Shown here: positions 6,824 through 13,337 of the stretch, piece by piece | Numbering within the stretch: the first letter of the stretch is position 1 | Layout: each line of letters begins with the position of its first letter | NCBI GenBank assembly: GCA_964022095.1 | Contig: CAXHZO010000029.1 | Span: 1-13,337, forward strand | Length of the DNA: 13,337 bases | Reading direction: 5' to 3' | Source: an uncultured Arcobacteraceae bacterium | GTDB lineage: Bacteria > Campylobacterota > Campylobacteria > Campylobacterales > Arcobacteraceae | Notes under the pieces: model-generated | What the model was told of the DNA's origin: nothing | Seen by the model: only the letters and a program-made list of their open reading frames with translations | Database searches by the model: none | Made by a program: the position numbers and the translations under genes

Positions 6824-9800
6824 ATGTCGCAAATACCGCAATTTACACATTTACATTTACATACTGAATACTCTTTACTTGATGGTGCGAATAAAATTAA
6901 ACCTTTAGCAAAAAAAATTAAAGCTTTAGGAATGCAATCTGTTGCAATGACTGACCATGGAAATATGTTTGGTGCAATTGATTTTTATAATGCTATGAGA
7001 GCTGAGGGAATTAAGCCAATCATTGGAATGGAAGCTTATATTCACAACAGTGAAGAACTATCAGATAAAACAACTAGACAAAGATATCACTTATGCTTAT
7101 ATGCAAAAAATGATGTAGGTTATAAAAACCTAATGTACCTAAGTAGCCAAGCTTACATGCATGGCTTTTACTATTATCCAAGAATTAATAAAAAACTTTT
7201 AAGAGAAAATTCTGAAGGACTTGTTTGTTCTGCTGCATGTTTACAAGGGGAAATAAACTGGCACTTAAATTTACAAAATGAAAGAAATGTAAAAAATGGT
7301 GCAAAAGGTTATGAAAAAGCTAAAGAAATTGCACTTGAATACAAAGATATTTTTGGAGATGACTTTTATTTAGAGATTATGAGACATGGTATTGGTGACC
7401 AACATTTTGTTGATGATCAAATACTAAGAATCGCCCATGAAACAGGTATTAAAGTAGTTGCAACAAATGACACACACTATTTAGAGCCAAAAGATGCTGA
7501 TGCCCATGAAGCATTTATGTGTATTGCAATGAATAAACTTTATGATGATCCAAATAGACTTAGACACTCAGTTCATGAGTTTTATTTAAAATCACCAGAA
7601 CAAATTGCAAAACTATATGCAGATATTCCTGAAGCTATTGAAGCAACTCAAGAAATATCTGATAAATGTAATTTAGAAATAAAACTAGGAAACCCTACTC
7701 CTCCAAACTTCAAATTTACAAGAAATAAATTAGAAGAACAAAATGTACAAATACCTTTTCCCGAAGAAGAATACTCATTAGAAAATGATAAAGCTCTTTT
7801 TATTCATGAGTGTTGGAAAGGTTTAGAAGTAAGACTAAAAATTGTTGATGAATCAAAACATCAAGAATACAAAGATAGACTCCAAGTAGAGATTGATATT
7901 ATCAATAACATGAAATTCCCAGGATATATGCTTATTGTTTGGGATTTCGTGATTGTTGCCAAACAAATGGGTATTCCAGTAGGTCCAGGAAGGGGTTCTG
8001 CTGCTGGAAGTTTAGTTGCTTTTTGTCTATTTATTACAGATATTGACCCTATGCCTTATGGTTTACTTTTTGAGAGATTCCTAAACCCTGAAAGAATATC
8101 GATGCCAGATATTGATATGGACTTTTGTCAAAGTAGAAGGGGTGAGATTATTGATTATGTTATTCAACAATATGGTCGAGCCAATGTTGCCCAAATTATT
8201 ACCTTTGGTAAACTACTTGCAAAAGGGGTAATTAGAGATGTTGCCAGAGTTCTTGATATGCCTTACTCAAAAGCAGATGCAATGGCAAAACTTATTCCAG
8301 ATGAACTTGGTATTAATCTTACTGATTCATGGGAAAAAGAACCAAAAATTAGAGAGCTATACGCAGCAGACCCCCAAGCAAAAAGAGTTTGGGATTATGC
8401 AATTTCACTTGAGGGACTAAATAGAAATGCAGGTACTCACGCAGCTGGTGTTGTTATTTCAAATGAACCTTTATGGAAAAAAACTCCATTATTTAAACCC
8501 TCTGGTCTTGATACACTTGCCACTCAATATAATGGTAAATATGTAGAAGATGTTGACTTAATTAAATTTGACTTCTTAGGTCTAAAGACCCTAACAGTTA
8601 TTGAAGAAGCACTAAAATTAATTGAAAAAAGACATGGAAAAAGAGTTGATTTCTTAACAGTTGATGTAAATGACAAAGGGGTTTATGACCTAATTCAAAC
8701 TGGTAATACAATAGGCTTATTCCAAATAGAATCTGATGGTATGCAAGATTTATGTAAAAGATTAAAACCATCAAACTTCGAAGATACTATTGCCGTACTT
8801 GCATTATACAGACCAGGTCCAATGGAATCAGGGATGCTTGATGATTTTATTGATAGAAAACATGGTCGAGCAAAAATTGATTACTTTTATGATGAACTTG
8901 AACCTGCATTAAAACCTATCCTTGAAACTACTTATGGTGTTATTGTTTACCAAGAGCAAGTTATGCAAATTGTGCAATCTGTTGGTGGATTTTCACTTGG
9001 TGGTGCGGACCTTGTTAGACGGGCTATGGGTAAAAAAATTAAAGAAGAGATGGATAGACTTAAAACTGAGTTTGCAGATGGTGCTCAGAAGAAAGGTTTT
9101 ACTAGAGCTTATGCAGAAGAACTATTCGATCTAATTGTAAAATTTGCCGGTTATGGATTTAATAAATCTCACTCAGCAGCATATGCCTTAGTAACTTTTT
9201 ATACTTCATATCTTAAATGTTACTATCCATCTGAGTTTATGGCAGCATTACTTACACTTGAAAAAGATAACACAGATAAAGTTGTTAAATATGTAGATGA
9301 AGTAAAAAGATTAGGATTTGATCTTTTCCCACCAGATGTAAATAAATCTGACCTTGTATTTTCTGCTAAAAAAATTGATGATAAAGAAGTAGTAATGTTT
9401 GGTATGGGTGCCATTAAAGGTGCTGGAGATGTTGCTATTAACTCTATTTTAAAAGAGAGAAAAGAAAATGGTGATTTTAAAGACTTTGCAGATTTTGTTT
9501 CAAGAATCGATGGAAGTAAAGTAAATAAAAGAGTAATTGAAGCCTTGACAAAATCTGGTGCATTTGATTGCTTTGGATATACAAGAAAATCATTACTTGA
9601 TCAAATAGAAAAAATTGGTGAAACAGTACAAAAAGCAATGCAGGCTAAAAAATTAGCTACTGGTTCACTATTTGGAGATAGTGAAGAGTTAACAAGAATT
9701 GAGATTGAACTAGACCATCTTGAAGACTTCTCACCAAAAGAGCAATTAGAATTAGAAAAAGCATCTTTAGGTTTTTATGTATCGGGGCATCCACTTGATG

Positions 9801-10390
9801 AATATAGAGAAAAGATTGATAAAATCAACTATACATTATCATCACAAATTGATGAATTAGGAGATGGAAGTCAAGCACTATTTGTAGGAAAGATTGAGAA
9901 CATTACTGAAAAGATTTCTAAAAAAGGAAATAAATTTGGTATTGCTACGATCATAGATTTCCATGGAAGTATTGAACTTATGCTTTTTGAAGATAGATTA
10001 AAAACTTTAAAAGAAGAGTATGATTTAGATGAGCCAATTGCATTTAAAGTAAGAATTTCAAAAGATGAAAACTTCACAAGAATGAATATTCTAAAAATCG
10101 AAAGTTTAGAAGATGCAAAAAAAGAAAAAATTAAAGTAAAACAACAAGAAAAACCTGAACCTCCTTTAAGCCTAGCAATTCCATTTAGTGATGATGAAAA
10201 TATTATGTATAAACTTTTTGATATAGTTGCCCATAATCAAGGAAAAAGAGAATTGAAAGTTGTTATAAAATCAAAACTTGCAGATATTGAACTTGAAACA
10301 GGATTTAAAGTTACAAGTGCAGTTGAAAATCAAATAAGACAAATACAAGGAGCATATTTAATAGATGAAACAAATACTTCTAACAAATGA
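6824..10390 (+). CDS. dnaE: DNA polymerase III alpha subunit
   Basis: PHP domain HLHLHTEYSLLDG and TDHGN; GPGRGSAAGS; FERFLNPERISMPDIDMDF; KFDFLGL; FAGYGFNKSHS; C-terminal OB fold. At 1188 aa there is no sign of an intein. Confidence 0.99.
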   Translation: MSQIPQFTHLHLHTEYSLLDGANKIKPLAKKIKALGMQSVAMTDHGNMFGAIDFYNAMRAEGIKPIIGMEAYIHNSEELSDKTTRQRYHLCLYAKNDVGYKNLMYLSSQAYMHGFYYYPRINKKLLRENSEGLVCSAACLQGEINWHLNLQNERNVKNGAKGYEKAKEIALEYKDIFGDDFYLEIMRHGIGDQHFVDDQILRIAHETGIKVVATNDTHYLEPKDADAHEAFMCIAMNKLYDDPNRLRHSVHEFYLKSPEQIAKLYADIPEAIEATQEISDKCNLEIKLGNPTPPNFKFTRNKLEEQNVQIPFPEEEYSLENDKALFIHECWKGLEVRLKIVDESKHQEYKDRLQVEIDIINNMKFPGYMLIVWDFVIVAKQMGIPVGPGRGSAAGSLVAFCLFITDIDPMPYGLLFERFLNPERISMPDIDMDFCQSRRGEIIDYVIQQYGRANVAQIITFGKLLAKGVIRDVARVLDMPYSKADAMAKLIPDELGINLTDSWEKEPKIRELYAADPQAKRVWDYAISLEGLNRNAGTHAAGVVISNEPLWKKTPLFKPSGLDTLATQYNGKYVEDVDLIKFDFLGLKTLTVIEEALKLIEKRHGKRVDFLTVDVNDKGVYDLIQTGNTIGLFQIESDGMQDLCKRLKPSNFEDTIAVLALYRPGPMESGMLDDFIDRKHGRAKIDYFYDELEPALKPILETTYGVIVYQEQVMQIVQSVGGFSLGGADLVRRAMGKKIKEEMDRLKTEFADGAQKKGFTRAYAEELFDLIVKFAGYGFNKSHSAAYALVTFYTSYLKCYYPSEFMAALLTLEKDNTDKVVKYVDEVKRLGFDLFPPDVNKSDLVFSAKKIDDKEVVMFGMGAIKGAGDVAINSILKERKENGDFKDFADFVSRIDGSKVNKRVIEALTKSGAFDCFGYTRKSLLDQIEKIGETVQKAMQAKKLATGSLFGDSEELTRIEIELDHLEDFSPKEQLELEKASLGFYVSGHPLDEYREKIDKINYTLSSQIDELGDGSQALFVGKIENITEKISKKGNKFGIATIIDFHGSIELMLFEDRLKTLKEEYDLDEPIAFKVRISKDENFTRMNILKIESLEDAKKEKIKVKQQEKPEPPLSLAIPFSDDENIMYKLFDIVAHNQGKRELKVVIKSKLADIELETGFKVTSAVENQIRQIQGAYLIDETNTSNK

Positions 10391-11150
10391 TGATGGATTT
10401 GACGCAGTTGGATTAAAAGCTTTAATAGAAGCATTAAAAACAATTGCAAAAATTATAGTTGTAGCTCCTGCAAAAAATAAATCAGCTTGTGGACACTCAT
10501 TAACACTAGATAGGCCACTAAGACTTGATAATATTGATGATGATTACTATAAAATAGATGATGGAACGCCAACTGATTGTGTTTTTATTTCATTAAACAA
10601 TCTTTTTAAAGAAGAATTCAAACCTGATTTAGTAATAAGTGGAATAAACATTGGTGCAAATATGGGAGAAGATATTACTTATAGTGGAACAGCAGCTGGA
10701 GCTATGGAAGCAGTTCTACAAGGAATTCCTGCAATTTCAATTTCACAAGTTTGCAGAGATAAGTGTAATGATATAAAAAATGGCTGGGATTTTGCACTTG
10801 CAAAGGAAACTATAGCTAAAATTGCAAAAAAGATATTAGATGGAAATTTTCCCTTAGAAGAAAGAAAATTTCTAAATATAAATATCCCTCCAATACAAGC
10901 AAATGAGTGTAATGGTATAAAAATCACAAAAGCTGGATTTAGAGAGTATGGAAATGATACCCATAGACATTTAAACCCCCGAGGTGAAGAGTTTTATTGG
11001 ATTGGATTACATCCATTAATATGGAAAGAATCACAAAATAAAGATTGTGATTTTGAAGCGATTAAAGCAAACTATATTTCAATAACACCCATCAAACTTG
11101 ATATGACATCATATGATGATATTAAAAATCTAGAAAACTGGATAAATTAA
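10365..11150 (+). CDS. surE: 5'/3'-nucleotidase SurE
   Basis: Motifs ILLTNDDG, DGTPTDCV, SGINIGANMG, YSGT and ISITP. Overlaps the dnaE end by 26 nt, with RBS AGGAG inside dnaE. Confidence 0.97.
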   Translation: MKQILLTNDDGFDAVGLKALIEALKTIAKIIVVAPAKNKSACGHSLTLDRPLRLDNIDDDYYKIDDGTPTDCVFISLNNLFKEEFKPDLVISGINIGANMGEDITYSGTAAGAMEAVLQGIPAISISQVCRDKCNDIKNGWDFALAKETIAKIAKKILDGNFPLEERKFLNINIPPIQANECNGIKITKAGFREYGNDTHRHLNPRGEEFYWIGLHPLIWKESQNKDCDFEAIKANYISITPIKLDMTSYDDIKNLENWIN

Positions 11151-11164
11151 AAAAAAGGAAATTA

Positions 11165-11431
11165 ATGAATTTTACAGATTCACTATTAAAGCACATTGAC
11201 AAACTTGTTGGAACACTAAAAGATGAAGACGGATTAAAAGAAGTTTTAAAAAGAAAATTTACAAAAAAAGAGTATAAAGTTTTTGTTTCTATTGAAGAAG
11301 GTAATTCATTCGAAGATGCAGCAAAAGAATTAAATGAAGAAACAGAAAGAATTGAAGAGCTATATAAAAAAGCGTGTAAGAAATTAAACCAAGAGTTATT
11401 TAAGCAAGAACTTGTAGATATATATAATTAA
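11165..11431 (+). CDS. Small helical protein resembling a sigma70 region-4 / HTH domain
   Basis: AAGGA RBS. FTKKEYKVF...SFEDAAKELNEETERIEELYKKACKKL fits the region-4 HTH pattern. Confidence 0.65.
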   Translation: MNFTDSLLKHIDKLVGTLKDEDGLKEVLKRKFTKKEYKVFVSIEEGNSFEDAAKELNEETERIEELYKKACKKLNQELFKQELVDIYN

Positions 11432-11436
11432 TATAT

Positions 11437-11700
11437 CTACAATACCATTTTGATATCTTTATGATCACCTAAAATTCTATGTAATTCAGTTCTATCATCA
11501 TCACTATGAACAATAAGTTCTATATTATAACTTTTAAACTTACCTTTTTTACTAACTTTAGATTCTTTTACTTTGTGATCTCTATCACCAAAAATATCTT
11601 TTGATATATATTTAACATTTATTGTTTCTAATATTACAATTTTATATTTCCATGTACATGGATAAGTTAGTTCTAATTTGTGTTTATTTAAATCTATCAT
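11437..11700 (-). CDS. DUF493 / HP0495 (YbeD-like) family protein
   Basis: [24 protein letters not shown] and a C-terminal IKMVL. 4-nt overlap with the moaC stop. Confidence 0.85.
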   Translation of the reverse strand: MIDLNKHKLELTYPCTWKYKIVILETINVKYISKDIFGDRDHKVKESKVSKKGKFKSYNIELIVHSDDDRTELHRILGDHKDIKMVL

Positions 11701-12176
11701 TTTTCACCTCTTTTAAAGTCACCACTTTTTCCACCAGATTTAGTTTCTAATTGTACATTTGAAATAACCATTGATTTATCAATAGCCTTTACCATATCAT
11801 AAATAGTTAGTAATCCAATAGAAGTACCCGTTAAAGCTTCCATTTCAACTCCAGTTTGCCCATTTAGCTTAGCAGTTACAATTAATTTAAATCCTGGTAA
11901 CTGTGGCAATTCTTCAACATCACAATTAATTCCACTTAACAAAAGGGGATGACACATAGGAATTAATTCACTTGTTTTCTTTACCCCCATAATAGCAGAA
12001 ATAACTGCAGTTTGGATTACAGGACCTTTTTTTGTTGTATTATCAATAATAGCATCATATGCTTCTTGACTCATACTAATTTGACCTGATGCAACTGCAA
12101 CTCTAGTAGTTTCTTTTTTATCACTTACATCTACCATTTTTGGCCTGTTATTACTATCTAAATGAGTTAATTCCAA
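11697..12176 (-). CDS. moaC: Cyclic pyranopterin monophosphate synthase MoaC
   Basis: LTHLD...[47 protein letters not shown] start with AAGG upstream. Confidence 0.98.
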   Translation of the reverse strand: MELTHLDSNNRPKMVDVSDKKETTRVAVASGQISMSQEAYDAIIDNTTKKGPVIQTAVISAIMGVKKTSELIPMCHPLLLSGINCDVEELPQLPGFKLIVTAKLNGQTGVEMEALTGTSIGLLTIYDMVKAIDKSMVISNVQLETKSGGKSGDFKRGEK

Positions 12177-12205
12177 AATATAGCCTTTTTTATTTTATAA
12201 CTTAT

Positions 12206-12245
12206 ATTATACTTAAATCAATTTTAAGTAAAGTTTAAATATAAT
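12206..12245. promoter_or_regulatory. Divergent sigma70 promoters: moaC (-10 TATAAT on - strand, 12206-12211) and rpsU (-10 TATAAT on + strand, 12240-12245)
   Basis: Two perfect TATAAT hexamers pointing away from each other in the 105-nt intergenic region, with TTTAAGT-type upstream tracts. Confidence 0.65.
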
Positions 12246-12281
12246 TCGCTTTCAAATTTAAAAAGAAAGTGGGTGATTTTA

Positions 12282-12494
12282 GTGCCAGGCATTAAAGTAA
12301 AAGAGAGCGAATCTTTTGACGAAGCATACAGAAGGTTTAAGAAGCAATGTGATAGAAATCTTATTGTAACTGAAACTAGAGCTAGAAGATTTTTTGAACC
12401 AATGACAGAGATCAGAAAAAAACAAAAAATTAACGCTAGAAAGAAAATGCTTAAGAGATTATACATGCTTAGAAGATACGAAAGTAGACTGTAA
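12282..12494 (+). CDS. rpsU: 30S ribosomal protein S21 (likely start GTG at 12282, 70 aa)
   Basis: [40 protein letters not shown]. The SD-like GGGTGA at 12271-12276 contains the ORF-track start codon, which favours 12282. Confidence 0.97.
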   Translation: MPGIKVKESESFDEAYRRFKKQCDRNLIVTETRARRFFEPMTEIRKKQKINARKKMLKRLYMLRRYESRL

Positions 12495-12516
12495 GCTTAT
12501 TGTTCTTAACCAAACT

Positions 12517-12553
12517 AAAAAAGGGAAGAAGTTTTTACTTCTTCCCTTTTTTT
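12517..12553 (+). terminator. Rho-independent terminator after rpsU (possibly bidirectional)
   Basis: Stem GGGAAGAAGT (12523-12532) / ACTTCTTCCC (12537-12546) with a TTTT loop, followed by T7 and preceded by A6. Confidence 0.92.
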
Positions 12554-12617
12554 ATATCTAATAATTTGCAAATGTTGATCCTTTGTGTTATATTTATAAA
12601 AATATAAGGATATAACT

Positions 12618-13172
12618 ATGCAATCATACTTAATAAAATCAATTCTATTTATATCACTAATTACAACAATCACTTACGCAAGAAGTGATAATGAAACAGA
12701 TGCCGTACTTAATTTAAAAGCCTATGCAGTTTTTAAAATGGGTCAATATGATGAAGCAAAAAAAATGTGGGAAGAACTGGCTAAAAAAGGAAATACAACT
12801 GCATTGATTAATCTAGCAAATTTATTTGAACAAGGTAATGGAGTTAAAAAAGATAGAATTGAAGCATTAAAATATATTAAAAAAGCAGCAAAACTAAACG
12901 ATGAGCGTGCACAATATGAATTAGGTATTGAATACGAAAAAGGTATATACTTAAAAAGAGATCTAAATAAAGCAGAATACTGGCTAAAAAAAGCAGCAAA
13001 AAATGATAGTAGCCAAGCACAATTAGCATATGGAATAATGTTAGCTACTTCAAAAGGAAAAGGAATAGAAAATATTTCTTCAACTGAAAAAAAAGAAGCT
13101 ATAAAATGGTTAACCTTTGCATTAAAAAACGGGGAGGGAGAAGCGAAGGATTACATAGAATTACTAAAATAA
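12618..13172 (+). CDS. Exported Sel1-like (TPR) repeat protein
   Basis: Signal peptide ending ...TITYA/RS. Sel1 repeats ALINLANLFEQGNGVKKD, AQYELGIEYEKGIYLKRD and AQLAYGIM. RBS AAGGA at 12606-12610 and extended -10 TGtTATATT at 12586-12594. Confidence 0.9.
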   Translation: MQSYLIKSILFISLITTITYARSDNETDAVLNLKAYAVFKMGQYDEAKKMWEELAKKGNTTALINLANLFEQGNGVKKDRIEALKYIKKAAKLNDERAQYELGIEYEKGIYLKRDLNKAEYWLKKAAKNDSSQAQLAYGIMLATSKGKGIENISSTEKKEAIKWLTFALKNGEGEAKDYIELLK

Positions 13173-13337
13173 GATTAAATTAGTTTAATATGCTCATAAA
13201 ATGATTTTAAACATGCTGTAAGAGATTTGTAAACATTAAATGAGTAAAAGTATATTTTGACAATTATAAAAGATTATGAGAGATAAATAGAGGAATAAAA
13301 AAAAGGTAAAAAAAAAGCTTTTAGCTAAAAGAACAAA

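Noticed and set aside
6824-10390. Intein or split dnaE
   Set aside because: Normal length, continuous motifs, and no intein or homing-endonuclease signature seen.
8238-10927. Small ORFs within dnaE and surE (8238..8420, 8922..9134, 9223..9414, 9871..10077, 10679..10927)
   Set aside because: Alternate-frame or antisense ORFs inside strongly conserved genes, with no independent support.
12273-12281. ORF-track start of rpsU at 12273
   Set aside because: That GTG lies within the SD-like GGGTGA. The family N-terminus MPGIKV starts at 12282.
12224-12466. Minus-strand 80-aa hydrophobic ORF
   Set aside because: Antisense to rpsU. The hydrophobicity follows from the A-rich Lys/Arg codons on the + strand.
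13173-13337. 14-bp palindrome CTTTTAGCTAAAAG (13318-13331), A-tracts and a short hydrophobic minus-strand frame at the window end
   Set aside because: Low-complexity AT-rich sequence truncated by the window edge, so no function can be supported.
1-13337. CRISPR array, tRNA/rRNA, IS or integrase, phase-variable poly-G/C tracts
   Set aside because: None seen. There are no repeat-spacer units or recombinase motifs, and the longest C runs noticed are only 5 nt.

Overview
AT-rich window that looks like a Campylobacterota chromosome, probably Arcobacter-like (inferred from gene style, promoter style and the dnaE-surE...moaC/rpsU neighbourhood). The left part (~1-5266) is an apparently accessory, tightly packed + strand operon. 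It holds a 5'-truncated ankyrin-repeat gene, an 817-bp tandem duplication giving two ~90%-identical exported proteins with a hypervariable core (candidate immunity proteins), a DUF2235/Tle1-family phospholipase toxin with an unusual ~200-aa C-terminal extension, and a membrane-fused spermidine-synthase-like SAM enzyme. Next is a PlcP/LpxH-like metallophosphoesterase plus patatin pair, preceded by a Pho-box-like 11-bp-spaced repeat and a probably leaderless promoter. The right part is housekeeping: dnaE, surE, a small HTH protein, a DUF493 protein, moaC, rpsU with terminator, and a Sel1-repeat protein. The best candidates for new biology are (1) the immunity-upstream, C-terminally extended Tle1 toxin module, whose layout resembles T4SS-delivered antibacterial effectors, and (2) a possible phosphate-starvation lipid-remodelling unit.
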